Below are positions 8,358-19,335 of a stretch of 64,000 nucleotides of DNA, piece after piece. Source of the stretch: Syntrophales bacterium (lineage in GTDB: Bacteria; Desulfobacterota; Syntrophia; Syntrophales; UBA4778); contig JAQTPK010000002.1 of assembly GCA_028712885.1 (NCBI GenBank), forward strand, positions 20,623-84,622, given 5' to 3'. The notes beneath the pieces were generated by a model, which was given only the letters and a program-made list of their open reading frames with translations, ran no database searches and had not been told where the DNA came from. Position numbers and translations under genes: made by a program. The first letter of the stretch is position 1. Every line of letters begins with the position of its first letter.

Positions 8358-10464
8358 TATGTCCCAGCGCTTCCTTCCTGCTCAACCGGATTTTTCCCTG
8401 TTTATCGATTTCCAGCACTTTGACGAGAACTTTTTCGCCTTCGTTCAATATGTCAGTTACCTTATTGACCCTCTCTTTCGCCAGCTGGGAAATATGGACG
8501 AGTCCTTCCGTTCCCGGCAGTATTTCCACGAATGCTCCGAAATCGACAACCCTCTTCACGGTCCCCATGTAAAGCTTGCCGACTTCAGCCTCTTCGGTGA
8601 GCCACTTGACCATGGCGACTGCCCGGGCCGCCGCTTCCATATCGTTGGAAGCAATGGTCACCGTCCCGTCGTCCTGGACATCTATCGTCACTCCGGTTTC
8701 ACTGATAATCTGCCGAATGTTCTTGCCGCCGGTCCCTATTACGTCGCGGATCTTGTCGGGCTTGACCTTGAGAGTCGTTATCCTTGGCGCGTACACGGAG
8801 ATGTCCGGCCGCGGAGCGGCAATAGCTTCCCTGATTTTTCCGATAATGAAGATTCTTCCCTCTTTCGCCTGGACCAGCGCCTGCCTGAGGACGTTTTCAG
8901 ACACCCGGTCGATCTTGATATCCATCTGCATGGCGGTGACGCCTTTCACCGTACCGCATATTTTAAAATCCATATCTCCCGCGTGGTCCTCGTCCCCGAG
9001 GATGTCGGAGAGAACCGCCACCTTATCACCCTCCTTCAGGAGTCCCATGGCGATCCCGGCCACGATGTCCCTCACGGGGACGCCCCCGTCCATTAATGCA
9101 AGGGTTCCCCCGCATACGGTAGCCATTGAGGAAGATCCGTTTGAGGAGAGAATCTCCGAAACAATACGTATTGTGTATGGAAAATCCTCCTGGGAAGGAA
9201 GAACCGGAAGCAGGGCTCTCCTCGCAAGGGCGCCGTGCCCGATTTCCCTCCGGCCGGGCCCCCTCAACCCTCGCACCTCTCCCACGCTGAAGGGAGGAAA
9301 ATTATAATGGAGAAGGAACCATCTCATTTCCTCTCCGCTGATATAATCCATTCTCTGCTCGTCGGACGAGGTGCCGAGCGTCAGCACGGCAAGGGCCTGC
9401 GTCTCTCCCCTGGTGAAGAGACCCGACCCGTGCGTTCGGGGGAGGATTCCGGTTTCGCAGCTTATGGTCCTGATCTGGTCGGGTTTTCTTCCGTCAATTC
9501 TCCGGTTTTCGTTAAAAATCTTTTCGCGCAGGACGCTGCGCGTGAGTTCTTCCAGAATACCGTCGACCGCCAGCTCGTTCACCTCTTCCGCTTCGGAAGC
9601 CAGAGCTTTCATGACGTTTTCTTTCACTTCATCTATGTAGAGATGCCTTTCCGCTTTCCCCGCCAGGGAATATCCGTGCCTGAGACCGGGCAGCGCAAGT
9701 TCGGCCACCTTCTTGCGGAACTCTTCATCATACTGAATCGTTGTATATGACCGCTTGGCTTTTCCGATTTTCTGAACGGCTTCGTCCTGCACATCAAGGG
9801 CGGGACGCACGGCTTCCAGGCCGGTCCTTATCGCCTCCAGCACGACATCCTCGTCGACCTCGGAAGCGCCCCCCTCGAGCATGACAAGATTAACTTCGTA
9901 TCCCCCGCCGTCCACGGGAATCTTCCTGCCGACGAAAAAGAGGTCGAGATCGCTTTGCTCCATCTCCTTTGCGGAACGGTTGCATACGATTTGCCCCCCG
10001 ATCCTGCCGACCCGCACGCCTGCGATGGGCCCCTTGAAAGGAATGTCTGAAATCTGCAATGCGAAGGACGCGCCAAGCATTGCCGTGACGTCGGGATCGT
10101 TTTCATTGTCCGCGGACAGCACCGTAGCCACGACCTGCGTCTCGTTGCTGTATCCTTTCGGAAAGAGCGGCCGGATGGATCTGTCGATCAGCCTTGAAAT
10201 CAATATTTCGCGCTCGTTAGGCCTTCCTTCCCGCTTGAAAAATCCGCCGGGAATCTTTCCCGCCGCAAAGGTCATTTCCTGATAGTCGACCGTGAGCGGG
10301 AGAAAATCTATGCCTTCTCTCCTCTGCTTCGATGAAACGGCGGTCACGAGAACAATGGTTTCCCCGCACTGTACAAGTACGGATCCGTCCGCCTGACCTG
10401 CAAGATAGCCGGTCCTGATGGAGAATTCCTTGCCGGAAAACTGGGTACGAAAAATTTCTGTCAT
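8332..10464 (-). CDS. pnp: polyribonucleotide nucleotidyltransferase (PNPase)
   Basis: 710 aa with two RNase PH domains, a KH domain and a C-terminal S1 domain. It sits downstream of rpsO as in most bacteria. Confidence 0.97.
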   Translation of the reverse strand: MTEIFRTQFSGKEFSIRTGYLAGQADGSVLVQCGETIVLVTAVSSKQRREGIDFLPLTVDYQEMTFAAGKIPGGFFKREGRPNEREILISRLIDRSIRPLFPKGYSNETQVVATVLSADNENDPDVTAMLGASFALQISDIPFKGPIAGVRVGRIGGQIVCNRSAKEMEQSDLDLFFVGRKIPVDGGGYEVNLVMLEGGASEVDEDVVLEAIRTGLEAVRPALDVQDEAVQKIGKAKRSYTTIQYDEEFRKKVAELALPGLRHGYSLAGKAERHLYIDEVKENVMKALASEAEEVNELAVDGILEELTRSVLREKIFNENRRIDGRKPDQIRTISCETGILPRTHGSGLFTRGETQALAVLTLGTSSDEQRMDYISGEEMRWFLLHYNFPPFSVGEVRGLRGPGRREIGHGALARRALLPVLPSQEDFPYTIRIVSEILSSNGSSSMATVCGGTLALMDGGVPVRDIVAGIAMGLLKEGDKVAVLSDILGDEDHAGDMDFKICGTVKGVTAMQMDIKIDRVSENVLRQALVQAKEGRIFIIGKIREAIAAPRPDISVYAPRITTLKVKPDKIRDVIGTGGKNIRQIISETGVTIDVQDDGTVTIASNDMEAAARAVAMVKWLTEEAEVGKLYMGTVKRVVDFGAFVEILPGTEGLVHISQLAKERVNKVTDILNEGEKVLVKVLEIDKQGKIRLSRKEALGHNVPQNGPR

Positions 10465-10496
10465 CTCTTTTCCCTTGCTCGATGTTGTATTTGAAT

Positions 10497-10766
10497 TCAG
10501 CGTCTGATACCGAGCCTCTGAATCACGCTCCTGTATCTCTCCACATCTTTTTTCTTCAAGTAATCCAGAAGCCTTCTCCTCTGACCGACCATCTTCAGAA
10601 GCCCCCGGCGGGAATGATGGTCTTTTTTGTGAGACTTGAAATGCTCCGTCAAATACTGGATTCTCGCACTCAACAACGCGATCTGGACTTCCGGAGATCC
10701 CGTATCCTTCTCATTGGTTTTATAGCTTTGGATGATATCCTTTTTTTTATCCAGTCCTAAAGTCAC
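10497..10766 (-). CDS. rpsO: 30S ribosomal protein S15
   Basis: 89 aa containing ...[37 protein letters not shown]... Confidence 0.95.
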   Translation of the reverse strand: MTLGLDKKKDIIQSYKTNEKDTGSPEVQIALLSARIQYLTEHFKSHKKDHHSRRGLLKMVGQRRRLLDYLKKKDVERYRSVIQRLGIRR

Positions 10767-10864
10767 TTTTCATCCTCCTCATGTCCTGAATTGCTTTCCC
10801 GGACGGCCTGATACACCGTAAAACGGGCACTTTCAATGATTTATACACAACCGGTTTTCCAAGA

Positions 10865-11794
10865 TCAATGATTAATCACTCTGAGGATCTTCAAAGCCGG
10901 ATTATTGGAATTCATTGCCCCCGCCGCGCCGTCGCGCAATATGCGCCCGACGGCGACGAGATTATTTCCGGATGCAACCAGCTGAACGACCTGTCCTTCC
11001 TGGAAATCGGAAGCCGCAGGGTATCCCAGGTCGGCCCGGACCGGCTGGTGCCCTTTTCTTACCCTGTCCGCTGTTTCGTTGCTGACGAAGACCGGTTTGA
11101 GGCGGGAAAGCGCATCCGTCATGGATATAAGATTGCTCTCCAGCAGCTCCCGCTTTTTTTCCGGGCTCTTTCCCTCCAGGCTGACCGCCTTTTCGCGGGC
11201 GAATGCCCCGCTCCGCGTGCGGACAAGCGCATGGAGGCATGCGGGAGCATTGAGCTTCTTCCCGATGTCGCGGCAGAGCGAGCGGATATAAGTCCCTTTG
11301 GAACAAAAGACCGAAAAAGTTATATAAGGCGGGTTGAATTCCTCCAGATCCATCCGGTAGATTTCGACCATGCGGAAGGGGGGATCGATCAATGTTCCCT
11401 CTCTGGCCCATCTGTGGAGCGGTTTTCCGCGGTGCTTGACGGAACTGTACCTGGGAGGCACCTGTTCCTGAAGACCTATGAACTCCTTAAGCACTGCCTC
11501 CACGCCGGACCGGTCGACGTCCGCTTCCCTGCTGGCGACTACGCGCCCTTCTATGTCCAGAGTATCCGTTTCTACACCGAGAAGCATCGTCGCCCGGTAT
11601 TCCTTCCTGTCCTCGATGAGGAACTGCACCAGTTTAGTAGCCTCATTAAGGCAAACGGGAAGGACGCCGGTCGCCAGCGGATCAAGCGTCCCTGTATGTC
11701 CGGCCTTCTTTACGCATGCAGCCCTCCGGACTTCCTCGACGACATCGAAAGAGGTCTTTCCGCAAGGTTTATCGATCAGAACTATCCCGTTCAT
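10865..11794 (-). CDS. truB: tRNA pseudouridine(55) synthase TruB
   Basis: Starts MNGIVLIDKPCGKTSFDVV and carries the catalytic HTGTLDPLATG. The start at 11794 forms an ATGA overlap with the upstream stop. The track's longer N-terminus was rejected. Confidence 0.9.
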   Translation of the reverse strand: MNGIVLIDKPCGKTSFDVVEEVRRAACVKKAGHTGTLDPLATGVLPVCLNEATKLVQFLIEDRKEYRATMLLGVETDTLDIEGRVVASREADVDRSGVEAVLKEFIGLQEQVPPRYSSVKHRGKPLHRWAREGTLIDPPFRMVEIYRMDLEEFNPPYITFSVFCSKGTYIRSLCRDIGKKLNAPACLHALVRTRSGAFAREKAVSLEGKSPEKKRELLESNLISMTDALSRLKPVFVSNETADRVRKGHQPVRADLGYPAASDFQEGQVVQLVASGNNLVAVGRILRDGAAGAMNSNNPALKILRVINH

Positions 11795-12750
11795 TTCATC
11801 TTCGCCTGAACGGCCGCCATTACCGCATGCCTGACTTCTTCGTAGGCGCCCGGTAATCTGCAAGCGGCCGCATTCCTGTGCCCGCCGCCTCCGAACCGGC
11901 CGGCAATCTCCTCCACGTCAAACGAACCTTTGGAGCGGAAACTCACCTTGTACTGCCTGTCGGAAATCTCCGTGAAGAAGATTGAAACTTCGACTCCGGA
12001 AATCGACCTGATGAATTCGGCAAAGTTCTCCGCGTGCTCGGGCCGGGCCTGAACCTCCTCCATCATACGCCGCGATACCAGGACCGAACAGATGCGTCCG
12101 CCTGAAGCAAAGCCGATCGTTCCCAGCGCCCGGTGCAGCAGCTTTACCTTTTGCGCCGGGACGGAGTCGTATATCTGCTCCGCTATCCATGCCGGGTCGG
12201 CTCCCCGCTCCACCAGTGCTCCGGCGACTGAAAAAGTGCCCGCGCCCGTATTCGAATACCGGAACGAACCCGTATCGGTCAGTATGGCCGTATAAAGATT
12301 TGTGGCAATTTCGGGACTCAGCTCCCATCCGGCCTCCTCCGCCATCCGGAAGAGAAGTTCCCCCGTCGAACTCGCGCCTGGATCGACGGCATAATAATCG
12401 CCGAAAGTCCTGTTTGAGATATGGTGATCAATATTAATGATCGGCGAAATGCCTCCGATGCGGACCGATTCATCACCTATCCGCTCCAGTTCGCTGCAGT
12501 CCAGGGCAAACACAGCGTCATAATAAGCATCCGCATCCAGCCTGTGAAAGATCAGATCCCCGGCCCCCGGCAGGAAAAGGTAAGATTCCGGGGTCGGGTC
12601 CTGGTTATAAACCGTCGCCTCCTTGCCGATAGCCCTCAGCAGAAGGCAAAGAGCAAGTTCCGATCCGATCGCGTCTCCATCGAGTCTGACATGGGAGGTC
12701 ACCAGAAAGCTCTTCCCGGCATCCACGATTTCCAGGATCTTGCTGAACAT
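11791..12750 (-). CDS. DHH/DHHA1 phosphoesterase (NrnA-like oligoribonuclease/pAp phosphatase)
   Basis: Carries DGDAIGS, DHH (NIDHH) and GGGH motifs. Confidence 0.8.
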   Translation of the reverse strand: MFSKILEIVDAGKSFLVTSHVRLDGDAIGSELALCLLLRAIGKEATVYNQDPTPESYLFLPGAGDLIFHRLDADAYYDAVFALDCSELERIGDESVRIGGISPIINIDHHISNRTFGDYYAVDPGASSTGELLFRMAEEAGWELSPEIATNLYTAILTDTGSFRYSNTGAGTFSVAGALVERGADPAWIAEQIYDSVPAQKVKLLHRALGTIGFASGGRICSVLVSRRMMEEVQARPEHAENFAEFIRSISGVEVSIFFTEISDRQYKVSFRSKGSFDVEEIAGRFGGGGHRNAAACRLPGAYEEVRHAVMAAVQAKMK

Positions 12751-12751
12751 C

Positions 12752-13105
12752 CTATTCCGAATCTTCCCGCCGCACGTCTGAGAGCAGCTTGTCTATACGG
12801 TCGCCATACTCGAAGGATCTGTCGTAAATGAAGCTGATGGACGGCACGAACCTGAGTTGGAGCCGCCTGCCCAACTCCCTGCGCAGAAATCCGGCCGCCT
12901 TCTGCAGCCCCTCTTCCGCTTCCGAGCGGCGTGAATCATCCCCCATGCGCACGAAATATATTTTCGCCGACTTGAGATCGTCCGTCAGTTTCACGTCTGT
13001 TATGGTTATGCTGCCGATCCGGGGATCCCTCACTTCGCGCAGAAGGATATCGGACAGTTCCGCCTTGATCAGGTCGGAAACACGGTCAGCTCTTTTCATC
13101 GTCAT
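12752..13105 (-). CDS. rbfA: ribosome-binding factor A
   Basis: MTMKRADRVSDLIKAELSDILLREVRDPRIG... is RbfA-typical. The start is uncertain between 13105 and 13099. Confidence 0.85.
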   Translation of the reverse strand: MTMKRADRVSDLIKAELSDILLREVRDPRIGSITITDVKLTDDLKSAKIYFVRMGDDSRRSEAEEGLQKAAGFLRRELGRRLQLRFVPSISFIYDRSFEYGDRIDKLLSDVRREDSE

Positions 13106-13430
13106 CGGAATGAACCACCCTTCCGCCGGGATCCAGCACATCGGAAAGGCTCGATATCTCTATCCTGGAGCGAAGGACCTGAGCGAGGTACAAATCCTCA
13201 ATGAACCGAAGAACCTTATCCACCTTGGAATTGATGAATCCGCGGTCGTTTCCGACCATTGAGAACCCTATTCGGCTTTTTTTCCAGTGGTCCAGGTCTC
13301 CGATTTCGGCAATCGAAATATTGAACTCGTTCTGAGTCCTTCTCAGGATGCTTTTTACCACGGCCCTTTTGTCCTTCAAGGACCGGCTTTCTTCAACAAA
13401 GATTTCTACGATACCCGTTCCTACAACCAT
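13086..13430 (-). CDS. DUF503 (YlxP-like) protein
   Basis: Small protein between infB and rbfA, the conserved position of DUF503. Contains ...SLKDKRAVVKSIL... Confidence 0.75.
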   Translation of the reverse strand: MVVGTGIVEIFVEESRSLKDKRAVVKSILRRTQNEFNISIAEIGDLDHWKKSRIGFSMVGNDRGFINSKVDKVLRFIEDLYLAQVLRSRIEISSLSDVLDPGGRVVHSDDDEKS

Positions 13431-13456
13431 GTTTTTTACAAATTCCAGGCGCGAAA

Positions 13457-15982
13457 TCAGAGTTTCCTTTCCACCTTCTCCTGTGAATACGCCTCAATGA
13501 CGTCCCCCTGCTTGATGTCATTGAAATTCTCTATCCCGATGCCGCATTCGAAGCCGGCGGCGACCTCTTTTGCATCGTCTTTGAATCGCTTCAGGGAGAG
13601 TATTTTGCCGTCATAGATCGATACGCCTTCGCGGACAAGCTTGGCGCGCGCATCCCTCGCTATTTTGCCGTCCGTGACATAGCTCCCGGCGATTGTGCCG
13701 ACCTTGGGAACCTTGAAAGTCTCCCGCACTTCCGCGCGACCGAGATAAACCTCCCGGAAGACCGGCTCCAGCAGGCCCTCCATGGCCGCCTTTACATCGT
13801 TGATTGCGTTGTAGATGATATCGTACAGCTTGATATCTACCCGCTCGTCCTTGGCGATCTCGGACACCCTTGCATCCGGCCTGACCCGGAAGCCGATGAT
13901 TACCGCATCCGAAGCCGAGGCCAGCAGGACGTCGGTTTCCGTTATGGCACCCGTGGAACTGTGAATAATTTTGAGCTTGACGTCTTCCGTGCTCAGTTTG
14001 TTGAGGGCCTCGGAGAGGGCCTCGATCGACCCCTGGACATCAGCCTTAAGGATTACATTCAGTTCTTTCGCGCCTTCCCTGATACGGTCATAAAGCTGTT
14101 CCAGGGTTATCTTGGAGGTGGCGGCGGCGCCTTTCTCGCGCTCCTTGCGCATCCAGTATTCGCTGATCGTCCTGGCTTTCCTTTCATCTTCGACGCCGAT
14201 AAAATCGGTCCCGGCGTTCGGCACATTGGAGAAACCGATCACCTCCACCGGTATGGAAGGCCCCGCTTCCCTGACGCGGTATCCTTTATCGTCGATAAGG
14301 GCGCGGACCCTGCCGTATTCCGTCCTGCAGACGAAGGCGTCTCCTTCACGAAGCGTCCCTTCCTGGATAAGGACGGTGGCCACCGGCCCTCTTCCCTTGT
14401 CCAGTTTCGCCTCGATGATCACGCCCCGGGCCGGACGGTCCGGGTCGGCCTTCAGTTCCATCACATCGGCTTGCAGCAGAATCAATTCAAGCAGGTCTTC
14501 AATGCCCGTCTTCTTTTTGGCCGAGATCTTGGCGATCAGCGTATCGCCTCCCCATTCCTCCGATACCAGGCCGTGATCAGCGAGCTCTCTCAAAATCCTT
14601 TCGGGATTCGCACCCTGTTTATCCATCTTGTTTACCGCGACAATGATCGGGACCTTGGCTGCCTTGGCGTGGTTGATGGCCTCAACCGTCTGCTCCATTA
14701 CGCCGTCGTCGGCCGCTACAACCAGAATAACGATGTCCGTCACCTGCGCCCCCCTGGCCCGCATGGACGTGAATGCTTCATGGCCGGGAGTATCGAGAAA
14801 AACGATGTCGCGGTTTTTGATGTGGACGTGGTAGGCGCCGATTGCCTGGGTGATTCCTCCCGCTTCCCCCTCGATGACGTTGGTTTCGCGGATGGCGTCG
14901 AGAAGCGACGTCTTGCCGTGGTCCACGTGCCCCATGACGGTGACGACCGGGGCTCTGGGTTTCAGGTTCCGGGAGGAAGCCTCGGGTTTTTGAATGCTCT
15001 CTTCCAGTTCCGCGGCGACCGGTTCCACCTGATACCCGAACTCGCCGGCGATCAGCGAAGCGGTATCGTAATCAATGGATTGATTTATAGACGCCATGAT
15101 GCCGAGGGCGATCAGTTTATTGATCACCTCCGTGGCCTTAACTCCCATCTTCTTCGCCAGGTCGCCGACACGTATACTCTCCGCAATTTTCATCCGCCGC
15201 TTGATCGCTTTCGGAACGGTAATTTCCGTTTTCTTCATCTTTCCGACGAGGACGCCCTTTTTCGCCTCTTTCCACCGGTTGATCCTTTCCTCGTCGCGCT
15301 CTTTTTCCCAGTGTTTGTCCTTCTTTTCGCTGGATTGCTTAAAGAACGGCCTTTTTTTTGCCGGAGCCTCCTCCATTACGATTTCGACCGGCCGTTTAGG
15401 CTTTTTAGATTCTTTAGCTGCTGCATCCTCCTTGGAAGCGGGAGTTTCCGCCGGCGCTTTCGGCTCTGCTTTGGCGGCAGCTTCCTTCCGGGGTTCTTTT
15501 TCGAGCTTTTTCTTTTCCGGTTCCGCCCGGGAAACTGCAACCGCCGGCTCCGCTTTTTCAGGAACAGGAACCCTGGCGGCCTCGGGTTTTTTGGCGGCAA
15601 TTTCCGGCTGAACTTCCGCGAGGGGGGGAGCAGGCGACGGGACAGAAGCCGGCTCCGGTTTCCTTTCCGCCTTTTCCGCCGCTTTTTCCGGGGCTGCTTC
15701 CTTTACGGACGGCGGCGGCGGTTCAACCGGCTCAGGTTCAGCGGTTTCCTGGACAGGAAGGCGCACGGCCCTTCTCCTGATGACGGTGGACTTGATTCTG
15801 CTTTCCTGAATTTCCTTCGCTTCTCCGAGAGCGAATTCCCGGCGTATCCTTTCCACAACCGCATCTTCGAGAGAGCTCGAATGGGATTTCACGGCGACAC
15901 CGAGCTTCCCCAGGCGCTGAATCAGATCCTTGCTGTCTATGCCGAGTTCCTTGGCCAACTCGTAAACTCTCGTCTTGGACAT
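13457..15982 (-). CDS. infB: translation initiation factor IF-2
   Basis: Starts [14 protein letters not shown], has a Pro/Ala/Lys-rich linker, a GTPase domain ([24 protein letters not shown]) and C-terminal domains. The ATG at 15982 has a GGAG Shine-Dalgarno upstream. Confidence 0.97.
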   Translation of the reverse strand: MSKTRVYELAKELGIDSKDLIQRLGKLGVAVKSHSSSLEDAVVERIRREFALGEAKEIQESRIKSTVIRRRAVRLPVQETAEPEPVEPPPPSVKEAAPEKAAEKAERKPEPASVPSPAPPLAEVQPEIAAKKPEAARVPVPEKAEPAVAVSRAEPEKKKLEKEPRKEAAAKAEPKAPAETPASKEDAAAKESKKPKRPVEIVMEEAPAKKRPFFKQSSEKKDKHWEKERDEERINRWKEAKKGVLVGKMKKTEITVPKAIKRRMKIAESIRVGDLAKKMGVKATEVINKLIALGIMASINQSIDYDTASLIAGEFGYQVEPVAAELEESIQKPEASSRNLKPRAPVVTVMGHVDHGKTSLLDAIRETNVIEGEAGGITQAIGAYHVHIKNRDIVFLDTPGHEAFTSMRARGAQVTDIVILVVAADDGVMEQTVEAINHAKAAKVPIIVAVNKMDKQGANPERILRELADHGLVSEEWGGDTLIAKISAKKKTGIEDLLELILLQADVMELKADPDRPARGVIIEAKLDKGRGPVATVLIQEGTLREGDAFVCRTEYGRVRALIDDKGYRVREAGPSIPVEVIGFSNVPNAGTDFIGVEDERKARTISEYWMRKEREKGAAATSKITLEQLYDRIREGAKELNVILKADVQGSIEALSEALNKLSTEDVKLKIIHSSTGAITETDVLLASASDAVIIGFRVRPDARVSEIAKDERVDIKLYDIIYNAINDVKAAMEGLLEPVFREVYLGRAEVRETFKVPKVGTIAGSYVTDGKIARDARAKLVREGVSIYDGKILSLKRFKDDAKEVAAGFECGIGIENFNDIKQGDVIEAYSQEKVERKL

Positions 15983-16013
15983 TCTTGTAACTCCTTCAAC
16001 CTGTCTCTTGCTT

Positions 16014-17273
16014 TCACGCCACCTTGCCGCCGGCTTCTTCGGATATGATTTTACCCGCCTCGTCGATCCATTGCAGAACCGTTTCCTCGTTCTCATCGAC
16101 AAGGGTTGTCAGCATCGCGGGCTCGGCGGAGGCAATTGTGGAAATGCTCTTGAATCCCCCCGCGAACAGGGTCTCCGCTTTGGACTCGCTGATTCCCGGA
16201 ATACGGAGAAGGGCCTTGAATCCCTCTCCCGCGGAAGCGGCGACCGCCGTCTGGCTCTTCACGTCTATCTTCCAGCCCGTGAGTCTCGCGGCAAGCCGGA
16301 CATTCTGTCCGTTTTTGCCGATGGCCAGCGACAGCTGGTCGTCCGGCACAATTACCTCCATGGAGCGAACGTCTTCGTAAAGGAGGACGCGGTCCACCTT
16401 GGCCGGAGAAAGCGCGCTGCAGACATACTTTACCGGATCGTCCGAATACGGGACGATGTCTATCTTCTCCCCCCTGAGTTCCTGAACCACGCTCTGGACG
16501 CGGGATCCGCGCATTCCGACGCAGGCGCCGACCGGATCTATATCCTTGTCGTGGGTTTTGACCGCGATCTTTGACCTGTTGCCCGGCTCCCTGGAAACGC
16601 TGACAATCTCGATCAGGCCTTCGGCTATTTCCGGAACCTCCATCTCGAACAGGGAGCGGAGGAATCCCGGATGCGTGCGGGAAAGAATGATCTGCGGGCC
16701 TTTGGATATTTTCTTCACGTCATAGACGTACGCCCGTATTCTTTCGCCGCGCTTGAAATTTTCCTTGTGGATCTGCTCCGAAGTCGGGATTACGCCTTCG
16801 GTTCTTCCCAGATTCACTATGATGCTGCCCGCATCGAATCTCTGGACGAATCCGCTGACAAGCTGCCCTTTTTTATCCTTGTATTCGTCATAAATGTTGT
16901 CACGCTCGGCGTCTTTCACTTTCTGAATTATAATCTGCTTTGCGGTCTGGGCGGCGATCCTTCCGAAGCTTGCCGTCTCGATCTTTATGCCGAGGCTGTC
17001 TCCCGGCTCTGCCTCCTCGTCGAACAGTTTCCGCGCCTCGTCCCTCGTAATCTGCGTTTCGGGATCAAGGGCCTTGTCTACGACGGTCTTGAACTGAAAC
17101 ACTTCTATCTCGCCCGCCTCTTCGTTGTAATGGGCCTCCACTTCAGCGCGCGGGCCCAGTTTCTTTTTTGCGGCCGTCATCATCGCAGACTCCAGCGCCT
17201 CGATGATGATCTGCTTGTCTATTCCTTTTTCCTTGCCCATCTGTTCGATAAGGCGTTTCAATTCCGGCAGCAT
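16014..17273 (-). CDS. nusA: transcription termination/antitermination factor NusA
   Basis: N-terminal domain, S1 domain, two KH domains and a C-terminal HhH region. It lies between rimP and infB. Confidence 0.97.
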   Translation of the reverse strand: MLPELKRLIEQMGKEKGIDKQIIIEALESAMMTAAKKKLGPRAEVEAHYNEEAGEIEVFQFKTVVDKALDPETQITRDEARKLFDEEAEPGDSLGIKIETASFGRIAAQTAKQIIIQKVKDAERDNIYDEYKDKKGQLVSGFVQRFDAGSIIVNLGRTEGVIPTSEQIHKENFKRGERIRAYVYDVKKISKGPQIILSRTHPGFLRSLFEMEVPEIAEGLIEIVSVSREPGNRSKIAVKTHDKDIDPVGACVGMRGSRVQSVVQELRGEKIDIVPYSDDPVKYVCSALSPAKVDRVLLYEDVRSMEVIVPDDQLSLAIGKNGQNVRLAARLTGWKIDVKSQTAVAASAGEGFKALLRIPGISESKAETLFAGGFKSISTIASAEPAMLTTLVDENEETVLQWIDEAGKIISEEAGGKVA

Positions 17274-17321
17274 CTGAACCTCCCAGAAGGATTCGCAGCC
17301 CTGCGGTGCCTGTCTGCCCCG

Positions 17322-17789
17322 CTATAATTCATATGCGAGATGGGCCTTGAGAACCTTTTCCTTGGGTATCCTGTAAATTTTACCATCCACGTCGACGATC
17401 AGCGCCTTTCCGCCGCCCTCGTCCGCAAAGTCGAGCAGAGTTCCATGAAAATTTCTGCTTCCCTCTATTTTTTCGCTGGTTTTGATATTGACGCGCGATC
17501 CCTTGTATTTCTGGAAATCCTCTTCCCTCACCAGAGGCCTGTCCAGTCCCGGGGAGGAAACTTCCAGCGTATACGAACCCGGAGGAATATCGTGCAGATC
17601 AAGCAGGTCGCCCATCAGGTTGCTGGCCGCCTGACAGTCATCCAGGGTGACCCCGCCCGGCTTGTCTATATAAATCCGGACCAGCCAGCGGGACTTCATC
17701 CGCAGGCACTCTATTTCGACGAGATCCAGGCCCTCGGCCCTCAACGCGGGTTCCGCTATTTCCCAGATCCGCTCCCTGTAAGACTGCAA
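17322..17789 (-). CDS. rimP: ribosome maturation factor RimP
   Basis: RimP-like sequence (...LEVSSPGLDRPL...). The track's N-terminal extension contains the tRNA terminator, so I propose a TTG start at 17789 with AAGGA 6 nt upstream. Confidence 0.8.
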   Translation of the reverse strand: MQSYRERIWEIAEPALRAEGLDLVEIECLRMKSRWLVRIYIDKPGGVTLDDCQAASNLMGDLLDLHDIPPGSYTLEVSSPGLDRPLVREEDFQKYKGSRVNIKTSEKIEGSRNFHGTLLDFADEGGGKALIVDVDGKIYRIPKEKVLKAHLAYEL

Positions 17790-17810
17790 ACGAAATCCTT
17801 TTACCCGGCT

Positions 17811-17838
17811 TAAAATAAAAAAGTGGGCAACGCCCACT
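17811..17838 (-). terminator. intrinsic terminator after tRNA-Gly
   Basis: On the minus strand it reads GTGGGC-GTT-GCCCAC followed by TTTTTTATTTT. Confidence 0.75.
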
Positions 17839-17918
17839 CCTCATTAAATCCAGAATGAATTTGTTTTCTATACCACTTAAGATCGGGAAATGCAAGATAA
17901 AAATGAAGAAATCGGATT

Positions 17919-17993
17919 TGGAGCGGGCGATGGGAATCGAACCCACGACGTTCAGCTTGGGAAGCTGACATTCTACCGCTGAATTACGCCCGC
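17919..17993 (-). tRNA. tRNA-Gly (anticodon CCC)
   Basis: The cloverleaf was read by hand. Acceptor GCGGGCG/CGCCCGC, D stem ATTC/GAAT, anticodon stem TCAGC/GCTGA with loop TTCCCAA, T arm GTGGG-TTCGATT-CCCAT, and an encoded CCA. Confidence 0.95.
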
Positions 17994-18012
17994 CCTCCGA
18001 AATACCGCGGGA

Positions 18013-18040
18013 ATAATAAAACACATTGTTGATTTGTCAA
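18013..18040 (-). promoter_or_regulatory. sigma70-type promoter for tRNA-Gly (TTGACA-16-TATTAT)
   Basis: -35 TTGACA at 18040..18035 and -10 TATTAT at 18018..18013. It lies about 20 nt upstream of the mature tRNA 5' end and overlaps the hisD stop. Confidence 0.55.
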
Positions 18041-19335
18041 GACTTTTCTGGTTTTTGCCTGATCGAAACGGAGCGCCCATGTGCGGGCAGTCCCTCCAAT
18101 TCGGCAAAACGGACCGTCTTCCCGGCGAATTTCGCCAGCGCCTCTTCCGAAAAGGAAATAACGCTGGTTCTTTTCTGAAAATCGTACACGCCGAGCGGAG
18201 AGGAAAAACGGGCTGTTCCCGCTGTCGGCAGGACATGGCTTGGACCCGCCAGATAATCTCCTACCGCCTCGGGCGAGTACCTGCCCAGGAATACGGCGCC
18301 CGCGTTCCTGATCCCCTCCAGCAGCTCGTCGGGATTTTCAACCATCAGCTCCAGGTGCTCGGGCGCGAGTGAGTTCGCCACCTCCACCGCTTCCGCCAGG
18401 TCGGCTGTTATGAAAGCGGCCCCGTATTCCGCGATGGAAGAGCGCGCGGGAGATCCGGAGGAATAATCCCGCAGCTGGCTTGCAACGCATTCGAGCACCC
18501 GCCCGGCGAAAGATCGGTCCGGCGTGATCAGGATGGAGCAGGCCAGGGGATCGTGCTCCGCCTGGGAAATGAGGTCGGCCGCCGCAGCGGCGGGATCGGA
18601 AAAGCCGTCGGCTATTATCATAATCTCGCTCGGCCCGGCAATCATGTCTATTCCCACCAGACCGAAGACCTGTCTTTTGGCTTCCGTGACATAGGAGTTT
18701 CCGGGACCGACGATCTTGTCGACTCCCGGCACGGAACGGGTTCCGAACGCCATTGCGGCTATAGCCTGCGCTCCGCCGATCTTGAGAATACGCGAAACTC
18801 CGCCCAGAACTGCCGCGGCGATAATAAGGGGGCTTATCCTGCCCTTTTTGGCCGGGCTGCACAGAATTATTTCTTTCACGCCCGCAACCTTCGCGGGAAT
18901 GGAAGACATAAGGACAGTGGACGGATAAACGGCCAATCCCCCGGGGGCGTAAACGCCGACGCGTTCCAGAGGCCGGACCAGGTACCCCAGCCGGATACCT
19001 CCGTCCTCCGCGCCCATGCGGGATTTAATCAGCTGTTTTCGGTGGTAGCGCTCGATCCGGCCGGCCGCCGTTTTGAGCACCTCGAGATCGTCCTGCGGCA
19101 GCCCGGCCAATCCGTCCCTGATCTCATCCGCCGTCACCTCCATGTTGGAGGAAGTTATCTCAAATTCATCGAACAGCCTGGTATAGCGAAATAGCGCTTC
19201 GTCTCCGCTTTCTTCGATCTCCCTGAGGATGCCGCGCACTCTATCGGCGACGGCGGCGGGAACTGGACCGCGCCTGCTTCTTATTTTCTGCAGGAAGAGT
19301 TTGAAATCCGGCTTTCCCGATTCAAGCAGTCTCAT
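18037..19335 (-). CDS. hisD: histidinol dehydrogenase
   Basis: HisD-typical sequence throughout. The start at 19335 forms an ATGA overlap with the murA stop. Confidence 0.93.
   Translation of the reverse strand: MRLLESGKPDFKLFLQKIRSRRGPVPAAVADRVRGILREIEESGDEALFRYTRLFDEFEITSSNMEVTADEIRDGLAGLPQDDLEVLKTAAGRIERYHRKQLIKSRMGAEDGGIRLGYLVRPLERVGVYAPGGLAVYPSTVLMSSIPAKVAGVKEIILCSPAKKGRISPLIIAAAVLGGVSRILKIGGAQAIAAMAFGTRSVPGVDKIVGPGNSYVTEAKRQVFGLVGIDMIAGPSEIMIIADGFSDPAAAAADLISQAEHDPLACSILITPDRSFAGRVLECVASQLRDYSSGSPARSSIAEYGAAFITADLAEAVEVANSLAPEHLELMVENPDELLEGIRNAGAVFLGRYSPEAVGDYLAGPSHVLPTAGTARFSSPLGVYDFQKRTSVISFSEEALAKFAGKTVRFAELEGLPAHGRSVSIRQKPEKS

Noticed and set aside
13961-16048. 695-aa plus-strand ORF
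   Set aside because: It is antisense to infB, has R/F/G/L-rich low-complexity composition and resembles no known family. It is a shadow ORF in GC-rich DNA. The same logic applies to 506..1573, 10868..11809, 20404..21489 and 23056..23883.
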